NCBI GenBank assembly: GCA_041745875.1
Contig: JBGTIB010000092.1
Location: forward strand, 7,315 to 71,314
DNA from: Flavobacteriales bacterium
GTDB taxonomy: Bacteria > Bacteroidota > Bacteroidia > Flavobacteriales_F > PHOS-HE28
Length of the DNA stretch: 64,000 nt
Direction: 5' to 3'
A model generated the notes under the pieces. That model worked only from the letters and a program-made list of their open reading frames with translations. It was not told the origin of the DNA and did not search any database. Position numbers and translations under genes: made by a program. Below, piece by piece: positions 1 through 8,421 of this stretch; the first letter of the stretch is position 1, and each line of letters begins with the position of its first letter.

Positions 1-2
1 TC

Positions 3-3000
3 ATGTCGCATGCACACGATCACGACCACGATCATGGTGTGCGATCCGTACAATATGTCGCAAACAAGGGGCAATGGCCTGATCAGGTACTTTACCGCAG
101 TGCGGTGCAGGGTGCCATGGCCTTCCTTGAGAAGGACGGCATCACTTGGGTGAAGTACGAGGAGTCGATCTATGAGCGCATGCATGATATCCACATGCTG
201 CCCATGGAGGAACAATTATCCATGACATGGAAAGGGCATGCCTGGCGGATGGAGTTCGTGGGAGCGGGTCAGCAGGCGCAGGTCCATGCCCACGATCTAT
301 CCCGCACCTATCACAATTATTTCCTGGGCAATGATCCCGCGAAATGGGTCGGCCGGGTACCGGTACACGGGGAGGTGCATTACGCTTCGGTCTGGCCGGG
401 TATCGATATCCGGTTCCAAGGCCAGGAGGGGCATATGAAGTATGATGTGGAACTGGCCCCAGGCAGCGATCCGGGCTTGGTGGCTTTCCGCTATGTGGGG
501 TCCGATGGACTTTCCCTGAACAAGGACGGATCCCTTTTACTGCGCACCTCGGTTGGCCCCATTACGGAAATGGCCCCGGTGGCTTTCTATGGCGATGGCG
601 CCCGGGAGGAGGTGGTCTGCCGCTTCATATTGAACAAAGGGGAGGTGCGGTTCAACTTCCCCGATGGCTATGATGCCACCAGGCCCGTGGTGATCGACCC
701 TGTGTTGATCGCATCCACGCTCAGTGGGGCCACAGGAAGTAGCAATTACGGACACTGTGCCACCTACGATGATGATGGGAACATCTATTCCGGCGCCCGC
801 AATTTCGGGCCCACCTATCCGGCCACCCTGGGTGCCTTCCAAACCGTACAGGGCGGGGGTACGGACATCTCCATCAGCAAGTACAACCCCGATGGCAGCC
901 AGTTGCTCTATGCCACCTACCTCGGGGGAAGCAGCGGTGAGAACCCGCACAGCATGATCGTGACCGCCAACAGGCAGCTGTGCATGTTGGGTTCCACCAC
1001 ATCGGCCAACTTCCCCACCACACCCGGTGCATTCAACAACACGCTGGCAAGCACGGATATCACCGTGACCCGCTTCAGTGAGGATGGTACAACCTTGATA
1101 GGCAGCACACTGGTGGGTGGCAGCGGCGTGGACGGAACCAACAACATGGGCGGTAATTATGGTGAAACGTTCCGCGGGGAGATCTACCTGGACAATGCGG
1201 GCAACATGCTTGTCGCCAGCTTCACGAATTCCGTGGATTTCCCCACCACCCCTGGGGCCTACCAGCCCAACCTGGCGGGGGGGCAGGATGGTGTGGTGTT
1301 CGCTATGAACCCCTCCTGTACCAACCTGCTTTGGAGCACCTACCTCGGTGGCCCCCAGAACGATGGGGCCTTTGGCCTGCGAACAGGTGGCAACGGTGAT
1401 GTTTATGTGGTGGGCACCACGTTCTCACCCACTTTCCCTACCACTGCAGGCTCCTACCAGACCACCTACCAGGGTGGCACACGTGACGGCTTCGTAGTGC
1501 GGCTATCGCCCAATGGCGGTCAGCTTCTGGCCTCCACCTTCTTCGGCACCGATGCCGAGGACCGGGCCTACTTCATCGACACAGATCTCAACAGTGATAT
1601 CTGGATCTATGGACAGTCAAGTGGCAACATCCCCATATCGCCACCAGGTACCTATGGTACAGCGGGAGTTACCGGGGGCGTGTTCATTGCCAAGCTCCTG
1701 GCCGACCTGAGCGATGCACCGGTGACCACCAAGATCGGCCAGGCATTGAGCGCCACCGTTCCGGTCGCCTTCCTGGTGGATGTGTGCGACAACATCTACA
1801 TATCGGGTTTCAACAGCCAGGCGAGCATGCCGCTGACGGGAGATGCCCTGTACACCACGGGTTCCTTCTATCTGGCGGCATTCGATGAGGATATGAGCGA
1901 TATCCTCTTCGGTACGCGTTATGGTGGAAGCCACGTGGATGGAGGTACCAGCCGCTTCGATAAGAACGGCTTCGTATACCAGGGCGTATGCAGTGGCACG
2001 GGCAGCCTGCAGACCACGCCATGGGCACATGCGACGAACCAGTCCATCGGTTGGGATGTGGGCGTATTCAAGATCGACTTTCAGGTGGCCGGTGTGAATG
2101 CCGCAGGCGCCAGCACCCTCAACACCGGATGCGCACCCATCGTGATCGATTTCCAAAACAACAGCACCGGTGACACTTGGCTCTGGGATTTCGGCGATGG
2201 CAGCCCGCCCGTGGAAGGTTTCGAGCCCTCCCACCTCTACACCACCGCAGGCCAGTACACGGTCATGCTTATCGCCTACGACTCGCTCACCTGCAACCTG
2301 GCGGATACCGCATACCTGCCCATCACCATTGGCCTGGCACAGCCGGTGATCGCTGGATTCGATGTGCAACAGACCAACTGTGGGAACTTCGAGATAACCA
2401 CCCAGAACACCAGCGTGGGCGTACCCCTGTCCTTCACATGGCTCATGGGTGATGGCACCCAGTACAGCGACAGCAATGTGGTACACAGCTATGATACCCT
2501 GGGTACCTATGTGGTTACCCTCATCGCGTTCGACCCGACCTGGTGCAGCCAACCGGACACGATCGTACAAACCGTGGTCGTGAGTGGTGGCGATGATGTG
2601 ATCGCCGCATTCGATCTGGTGCAGGACCCGGATTGTGGTACGGTGACCGTGAACACGACCAATACCACCGTGGGTCCCGGGCCCACCTATGAATGGTCCT
2701 TCGGTGATGGAGGGACATCCACGGATACTGACATCGCACACACCTACACTGTCCCCGGCACCTACGTACTTCAACTCCTGGTATCGGATCCAGCGTCGTG
2801 CAATCTGTTTGATTCCGCATCAGCCATCATCGAAGTGCCCGTGGTGGCTCCCGTGGTGGCCGCTTTCGATGTGGATGACCTGCTCGACTGTGTGGACCTG
2901 ACAGTGACCACCACCAACAACAGTACCGGCAGTGGCATGGCCTACTTGTGGGAACTGAGTGATGGCAGCCAGTACGATAGTGTCGATATCACGCATCTGT

Positions 3001-4808
3001 TCACCGGGGCGGGCACCTGGACCGTGACCCTTACAGTGAGCGATACTTTGGGATGCTCGCCAAGTGACAGCCAGAGCATCGACCTGGTCATACCCGAACC
3101 AGAGCCGGTGGTGGCCGAGTTCACTTTGTCACAGGTGGCGGATTGTACCCAACTTCTGGTGGAAAGCCAGAACCAGAGCACAGGGCCTGGCATCCAGTTC
3201 ACCTGGAATATGGGCGATGGCACCACCTATGCCTCGGCCGAGGTTTCACATACCTATGCGGCATTGGGTGCCTATGAGGTACAGCTTGTGGCATTCGACC
3301 CCACCGGTTGCAGTGCGCCGGATACCATGGTGCTAAGCATCACCGTGGCGCCGCCTTTGGAGGTGGAGGCGCTCTTCTCCGTGGTGGAGGAACCGGGTTG
3401 CGACCAATTGCTCGTGGTGACCCAGAACAACAGTGCCGGGGTGACACCCACCTTCACATGGGACATGGGCGACGGCACCGTGCTCACAGGTGTGGACGTG
3501 ACACACCTGTACCAAGGCGTGGGCACCTATACCATTACGCTGTCAGTCGATGACCCCGGTGCCTGCAACCTCACCGACCAGACCTCACTGGATGTGACCG
3601 TGTTGCCCAGCGAACCAGTGAATGCCGCATTTACCGCCGGGCAAATATTCGATTGTGATGACCTGTTGCTCACCACCGAGAATACCAGCACAGGCACCAA
3701 CCTGGTATTCCTATGGGAGCTGAGCGATGGCAGTCAGTACAGCGATGCGGACATCGAGCACATCTTCTCCGGTGCAGGCACTTACACGGTGATCCTTACC
3801 GTGAGCGATGCCTTGGGCTGTTCACCGTCCTCCACGACAAGCATGGCGGTAACGATAGAACCACTGCAGCCGGTGGTGGCCGATCTTGTCCTGGAACAAG
3901 TGGGCAATTGCAACCTGCTGACCGTATTAGCCATTGACCAAAGCACCGGCGACAGCCTGGCCTGGTCATGGGATATGGGCGATGGCACCATTTACACAGG
4001 CCAGCCACCCCCGCATGTGTACAGCGATCCGGGTAGCTATACAGTAACCCTAACGCTCACGGACCTGGGTTGCGGCACTGACGACCAGGCAACCCAGCAG
4101 GTGGAACTCATTGCCGAACTGCCAGTGGTCCTTGTGGGCGATACGGTGATCTGTCCCGGTGGCTCGGCCACCCTGTTTGCATCGGGCAGCGCAGGCGACT
4201 ACTCCTGGAATACGGGCGAGTCGTCGCCCACAATTACTGTGGAGTATGGAGGCACTTATACCGTGACCGTGACCACCGACGACTGCCAGGGATCGGCCAC
4301 TGTGCAGGTGATCGAGGGCTTGGAGCATGACCTGGGGTATGAACAGGAAGCCTGCCCCAACGAGGCCCTCGCTGTGGCGGTGCCCTTGGAGGGGCTGGCC
4401 TACCAATGGAACACCGGTGGTACCGGACAGCAGGAGCAGGTCCTGGGTCCGGGCGAATATGTGTTCACCGTGATCGACCTGCTGGGTTGCCCGCACACCG
4501 ATACGGTGCGTGTGGTCTCGCTCGATGACGAACCGCAGCTCTTCGCTCCCAATGCATTCAGCCCCGATGGCGATGGCGTGAACGACGTGTTCCGCATTGA
4601 AGGCTATGGGGAGAAGGACATGTTGTTGACCATCTACAACCGGTGGGGTGAGCAGCTTTGGCAGACCAACAACGCCGATCAGGGTTGGGATGGCCGGTAC
4701 AATGGTAGCATGGTGAAGAACGATGTCTATGTATACAGACTCAGCTACACGGGGATATGCAATGCCGAAATGCAGGAAATCCTGGGTCACGTGACAGTTG
4801 TGAGATAG
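3..4808 (+). CDS. Giant cell-surface adhesin-like protein, 5'-partial (the window begins inside the gene). N-terminal domain shared with the next gene, SBBP beta-propeller repeats, about 8 PKD domains, and a T9SS type-B (CHU_C / gliding-motility-associated) C-terminal sorting domain.
   Basis: SBBP-like repeats such as 'STYLGGPQNDGAFGLRTGGNGDVYVVGTTFSPTFPTT'. Repeated PKD signature 'FxWxxGDGT...H.Y...G.Y.V.L'. C-terminus 'FAPNAFSPDGDGVNDVFRIEGYG...IYNRWGEQLW...GWDGRYNG...VYVYRL' matches the Bacteroidota-specific type-B T9SS sorting domain. No signal peptide in the window, and the N-terminal block 'NKGQWPDQVLYRS' aligns to residues about 50-65 of the paralog, so the true start lies upstream. 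Confidence 0.9.
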   Translation: MSHAHDHDHDHGVRSVQYVANKGQWPDQVLYRSAVQGAMAFLEKDGITWVKYEESIYERMHDIHMLPMEEQLSMTWKGHAWRMEFVGAGQQAQVHAHDLSRTYHNYFLGNDPAKWVGRVPVHGEVHYASVWPGIDIRFQGQEGHMKYDVELAPGSDPGLVAFRYVGSDGLSLNKDGSLLLRTSVGPITEMAPVAFYGDGAREEVVCRFILNKGEVRFNFPDGYDATRPVVIDPVLIASTLSGATGSSNYGHCATYDDDGNIYSGARNFGPTYPATLGAFQTVQGGGTDISISKYNPDGSQLLYATYLGGSSGENPHSMIVTANRQLCMLGSTTSANFPTTPGAFNNTLASTDITVTRFSEDGTTLIGSTLVGGSGVDGTNNMGGNYGETFRGEIYLDNAGNMLVASFTNSVDFPTTPGAYQPNLAGGQDGVVFAMNPSCTNLLWSTYLGGPQNDGAFGLRTGGNGDVYVVGTTFSPTFPTTAGSYQTTYQGGTRDGFVVRLSPNGGQLLASTFFGTDAEDRAYFIDTDLNSDIWIYGQSSGNIPISPPGTYGTAGVTGGVFIAKLLADLSDAPVTTKIGQALSATVPVAFLVDVCDNIYISGFNSQASMPLTGDALYTTGSFYLAAFDEDMSDILFGTRYGGSHVDGGTSRFDKNGFVYQGVCSGTGSLQTTPWAHATNQSIGWDVGVFKIDFQVAGVNAAGASTLNTGCAPIVIDFQNNSTGDTWLWDFGDGSPPVEGFEPSHLYTTAGQYTVMLIAYDSLTCNLADTAYLPITIGLAQPVIAGFDVQQTNCGNFEITTQNTSVGVPLSFTWLMGDGTQYSDSNVVHSYDTLGTYVVTLIAFDPTWCSQPDTIVQTVVVSGGDDVIAAFDLVQDPDCGTVTVNTTNTTVGPGPTYEWSFGDGGTSTDTDIAHTYTVPGTYVLQLLVSDPASCNLFDSASAIIEVPVVAPVVAAFDVDDLLDCVDLTVTTTNNSTGSGMAYLWELSDGSQYDSVDITHLFTGAGTWTVTLTVSDTLGCSPSDSQSIDLVIPEPEPVVAEFTLSQVADCTQLLVESQNQSTGPGIQFTWNMGDGTTYASAEVSHTYAALGAYEVQLVAFDPTGCSAPDTMVLSITVAPPLEVEALFSVVEEPGCDQLLVVTQNNSAGVTPTFTWDMGDGTVLTGVDVTHLYQGVGTYTITLSVDDPGACNLTDQTSLDVTVLPSEPVNAAFTAGQIFDCDDLLLTTENTSTGTNLVFLWELSDGSQYSDADIEHIFSGAGTYTVILTVSDALGCSPSSTTSMAVTIEPLQPVVADLVLEQVGNCNLLTVLAIDQSTGDSLAWSWDMGDGTIYTGQPPPHVYSDPGSYTVTLTLTDLGCGTDDQATQQVELIAELPVVLVGDTVICPGGSATLFASGSAGDYSWNTGESSPTITVEYGGTYTVTVTTDDCQGSATVQVIEGLEHDLGYEQEACPNEALAVAVPLEGLAYQWNTGGTGQQEQVLGPGEYVFTVIDLLGCPHTDTVRVVSLDDEPQLFAPNAFSPDGDGVNDVFRIEGYGEKDMLLTIYNRWGEQLWQTNNADQGWDGRYNGSMVKNDVYVYRLSYTGICNAEMQEILGHVTVVR

Positions 4809-4973
4809 GGAGCGCATTTCCGAATGCGGAACTACATTGATCCATGCGATGCTCCCAGGCCGTATGTTGTGCTCCCATGACCGGGGTCTATTTGGTGATC
4901 TCAACGAGATCTGAATACGCTCTTGCCTTTGGACTTGGAACCATTCAACGATCCCGAACCTAACTTTCGGACC

Positions 4974-7900
4974 ATGCCACGGATCCTCCTGCTTTCTCTG
5001 CTGCTGAACGGTTTCCTGCTATGCGCCCATGACCACGGGAGCAGACCGGGAGATGTCGCCCTTCCATTCCACCTGAACAAGGGTCAGTGGCCCGAGCAGG
5101 TGCTCTACCGTGCTTCCACACCGGGGGGGGCGCTCTTCGTGGAGCGCGATGGGTTCACCTATGTGCTCTCCGCAGGAGGTCCACGTGCCGCCCATGGTGG
5201 GGTGGCCTCCTCCGTCGAACCATTGCGTTCCCATGCATACAAGGTCCATTTCGAAGGGGCCGCTACAGCGGGTCATGAGGGTACCCAACGTCTGCCATAC
5301 TATGTCAACTATTTCGTGGGCAATGATCCAGCGGCGTGGGCCGGGGATGTTCCGGTGCATGCCGGCGTTGAACTACACGAAGTATATCCCGGTGTCGGTG
5401 TACGGATCGATGGGCACAAAGGCCTGAAGTATGACTGGCTGGTTGCTCCCGGAGCCGATGCCGCCGACATCGTCATGCGCTATGAAGGGCAGGACGGATT
5501 GCGTGTGGAGCATGGCTTACTGTTCATCGAGACCTCCGCAGGGCGGGTGGTGGAACAACGTCCGGTAGCATGGCAGGTGGTGCATGGAAGCAACAGACCC
5601 GTGGAATGCAGATATGCCCTTGATGGTGATCGTGTTCGTTTCGAACTGCCCTTCGGGTATGACCCTCGCTATCCTCTAGTGATCGACCCGGTGGTGGTGT
5701 TCAGCAGCTATAGTGGCAGCACCGGTGATAATTTCGGATTCACCGCTACATATGACGCAAGCGGGCACTTGTACGGTGGAGGCATGGTGCGCAGCACCGG
5801 ATATCCAGTGACATTGGGTGTGGTCCAGCCCGTCTATGGTGGGGGCGAGAATGACATCGCAGTATCCAAGTTCACGCCAACGGGTGATGCACTGGTATGG
5901 AGCACCTACATAGGAGGTTCCGCCAATGAGGTGCCGCACAGCATGGTGGTGAGCGCGAACGATGAGCTGTTCATCTTGGGGACTTCGAATTCAACCAACT
6001 TTCCCACTACACCGGGCTGTTGGCTCAATGCCTTCCAAGGGGGGAGCAATCCTCCGTTCCCCGTAACCTCCTATGGGTTCAGCTATCTCACCGGCAGCGA
6101 CATCGTCGTAGTGCATTTGTCCAATGATGCGACCCAGTTGCTTGGCAGCACCTACGTGGGTGGCTCAGGAAATGATGGCCTGAACCAGCAGACGCCTACG
6201 GATCGCAACTACGGTGATCCGTTCCGCGGTGAGATCATTCTCGATGATCAGGATCGACCCTTGGTGGTGACCAGTACGAGCAGTGTTGGACTTTTCACCA
6301 CACCGAATGCTGTGCAATCCGCATTCGGCGGTTCAATGGATGCCTATGTGTTCCGCATGGACCCGAACCTGACCAGCATGCTCTGGGCTACTTACTATGG
6401 TGGCGCCGGCGTTGATGCTGGGTTCGGGATCCAAACATCCAGTAACGGTGAGATCTATATCACCGGGGGGACCACCAGCACGAACCTACCCAGTGCTGGT
6501 AGTCCGGTCAGTGCTACGTTCAATGGTGGCACGGATGGCTATATCGCGCGGTTCCATCCGTCGGGGTCGCCGTTGTTGTCCACCACCTATGTGGGTACAT
6601 CCGGCTTCGACCAGAGTTACTTCATCCAACTCAATACCGATGATGAAGTATTCGTGGTGGGGCAAACCACCGGTCCGTACCCCGTATCCCCTGGCAAGTA
6701 TGCGAACCCAGGTGCAACTCAGTTCCTGCACAAGTTCTCGGGGGACCTCTCCACATCCCTCTGGAGCACCCGCATCGGGGGAACGGGTAGTGAGAATATT
6801 TCACCTTCGGCTTTCCTGGTCAGCAATTGTGGGCAGATCTATTTCAGTGGCTGGGGCGGCAGTACCAATTCATCGGGCACAGCAGGGCTCTTCAGCTCCA
6901 CAACAGGCCTCCCCGTAACAGCCGACGCTTTCCAAAGTACCACGACCGGGAGCGATTTCTACTTGATGATGCTGGACCCGGAGGCTGTCTCCCTGGGGTA
7001 TGCCACATTCTTCGGAGGGACGACGGCCGAACATGTCGATGGTGGTACAAGTCGGTTCGACAAGGATGGTGTGGTTTACCAAGCCGTTTGCGCTGGTTGC
7101 GGGGGGCAGAATACGTTCCCCACCACACCCGGCGCCTGGAGCAATACCAACAACAGCACCAACTGCAATCTCGGTGTGTTCAAGATCGATTTTGAACAAG
7201 CCGTGGGTGTGGGGATCAATGTGGACGCTACCGACCAGACCGCTTGCTTGGGAAGCCCTGTCGTATTCGATGCGATCGGCAACGCAACGGATTGGGAATG
7301 GGACCTGGGGGATGGTAACTCCGGGCTCACAGGGGTGCAGGTGGTCCATGAATATGCAGCAGCTGGGGAATACACCGTCACCTTGATCGGTACGGACAGT
7401 TCCTCCTGCAATTTCGCCGATACGGCCTTGGTTTCCGTTACGATCGTTACGCCTCCGGAGGTTGAGGCCCTCTTCGGAGCGGAACCCAGCAGCGATTGCC
7501 AGGGGGCATCGGTCGAACTGTTCAACTTCAGCACCGGTGGGAACATATACTCCTGGCAATTCGGTGATGGGGGAACCAGTACCGTCACGAATCCCACCCA
7601 TGCGTACTCCACTCCAGGTACCTACGACATCACGCTTACGGTGATCGACCCTTTGTGCGGGAACATGGATGATACGACCCTTACGATCATCCTGGACCCT
7701 CCTGTCATCGATCTGGATCTCACATCCCCCCTGGCCTTGTGCAATGGTGAGGATGTGATACTGGACGCCGGTGCTGGTTTTGATTCCTATCAGTGGAGCA
7801 CGGGAGCGACCGGTCAGTCCATCACCGTTTCGCAGCCCGGAGCGTTCTGGGTGGTAGTGACGGAAGGAATATGCATCGGTGGGGATACAGTGAACGTATT

Positions 7901-8411
7901 CCCGCAACCGCAACATCCCGTTGCAGTGGATATCGTGACATGTCCGGGCGTCTCGGTCCCGATCGAACCACCATTCCCGGTCACAAGCATTGTGTGGAGT
8001 ACCGGTGATACCACGTTCCAACTTGCGGCCGAAGTGTCCGGTGAATACTGGTTCATTGCAGTCGATGAATTTGGCTGTACGGTGGCGGATACCATTTCCT
8101 TGACCCTTAGTACGGTGGACGAAAGCGCAGCGATCGTACCGAACGTGTTCTCACCGAACGGCGATGGTCTCAATGACCACTTCCGGGTCAGCGGGCTCTT
8201 CCTGGACGATTTCGAGATGGAGATCTACAACCGCTGGGGAAAGGTGATGTACCGCACCACGAACACGTTCCCGGGCTGGAACGGCGGCTTGGACAACCAG
8301 AGCGCCACCGGGGTACCGGATGGCACATACTACTACATCATTTCGTTCAAGGATCGCTGTTCCACTGAGCCGCGTACCGAACGCACAGGGCACGTCACGC
8401 TGTTGAGATGA
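4974..8411 (+). CDS. Paralogous adhesin-like protein with signal peptide, shared N-terminal domain, SBBP repeats, PKD domains and a T9SS type-B C-terminal sorting domain.
   Basis: ATG at 4974 gives a signal peptide 'MPRILLLSLLLNGFLLCA'; the track's start at 4923 is TTG. 'HLNKGQWPEQVLYRAS' parallels gene 1. SBBP repeat 'STYIGGSANEVPHSMVVSANDELFILGTSNSTNFPTTPG'. PKD 'WEWDLGDGNSGLTGVQVVHEYAAAGEYTVTLIGTD'. C-terminus 'VPNVFSPNGDGLNDHFRV...IYNRWGKVMY...GWNGG...GTYYYII'. Confidence 0.9.
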   Translation: MPRILLLSLLLNGFLLCAHDHGSRPGDVALPFHLNKGQWPEQVLYRASTPGGALFVERDGFTYVLSAGGPRAAHGGVASSVEPLRSHAYKVHFEGAATAGHEGTQRLPYYVNYFVGNDPAAWAGDVPVHAGVELHEVYPGVGVRIDGHKGLKYDWLVAPGADAADIVMRYEGQDGLRVEHGLLFIETSAGRVVEQRPVAWQVVHGSNRPVECRYALDGDRVRFELPFGYDPRYPLVIDPVVVFSSYSGSTGDNFGFTATYDASGHLYGGGMVRSTGYPVTLGVVQPVYGGGENDIAVSKFTPTGDALVWSTYIGGSANEVPHSMVVSANDELFILGTSNSTNFPTTPGCWLNAFQGGSNPPFPVTSYGFSYLTGSDIVVVHLSNDATQLLGSTYVGGSGNDGLNQQTPTDRNYGDPFRGEIILDDQDRPLVVTSTSSVGLFTTPNAVQSAFGGSMDAYVFRMDPNLTSMLWATYYGGAGVDAGFGIQTSSNGEIYITGGTTSTNLPSAGSPVSATFNGGTDGYIARFHPSGSPLLSTTYVGTSGFDQSYFIQLNTDDEVFVVGQTTGPYPVSPGKYANPGATQFLHKFSGDLSTSLWSTRIGGTGSENISPSAFLVSNCGQIYFSGWGGSTNSSGTAGLFSSTTGLPVTADAFQSTTTGSDFYLMMLDPEAVSLGYATFFGGTTAEHVDGGTSRFDKDGVVYQAVCAGCGGQNTFPTTPGAWSNTNNSTNCNLGVFKIDFEQAVGVGINVDATDQTACLGSPVVFDAIGNATDWEWDLGDGNSGLTGVQVVHEYAAAGEYTVTLIGTDSSSCNFADTALVSVTIVTPPEVEALFGAEPSSDCQGASVELFNFSTGGNIYSWQFGDGGTSTVTNPTHAYSTPGTYDITLTVIDPLCGNMDDTTLTIILDPPVIDLDLTSPLALCNGEDVILDAGAGFDSYQWSTGATGQSITVSQPGAFWVVVTEGICIGGDTVNVFPQPQHPVAVDIVTCPGVSVPIEPPFPVTSIVWSTGDTTFQLAAEVSGEYWFIAVDEFGCTVADTISLTLSTVDESAAIVPNVFSPNGDGLNDHFRVSGLFLDDFEMEIYNRWGKVMYRTTNTFPGWNGGLDNQSATGVPDGTYYYIISFKDRCSTEPRTERTGHVTLLR

Positions 8412-8421
8412 TCATCTCAAC
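8402..8421. repeat. Perfect 20-bp palindrome 'gttgagatgatcatctcaac' spanning the convergent stop codons of the adhesin gene (TGA 8409-8411) and uvrA (8417-8419).
   Basis: Read directly: the left arm 'gttgagat' is the reverse complement of the right arm 'atctcaac', with a central 'gatc'. The TGA of the plus gene lies in the left arm and the TCA (TGA on minus) of uvrA in the right arm. Confidence 0.6.

Noticed and set aside
1617-2774. Long minus-strand ORF (385 aa) antisense to the first adhesin gene. Similar long antisense ORFs in the track occur at 4050..4904, 6870..8021, 8855..10159, 9312..10058, 19105..19797, 26001..26801, 33732..34586, 36961..38121, 37779..38864, 42242..43378, 43898..44665, 51370..52101, 56102..56860, 58220..59260 and 59863..60702.
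   Set aside because: Each lies entirely inside a strongly supported gene on the opposite strand. Translations are low-complexity (Gly/Arg/His/Pro-rich) with no recognisable motifs. Such ORFs are expected by chance in a GC-rich genome where stop codons are rare on the antisense strand.
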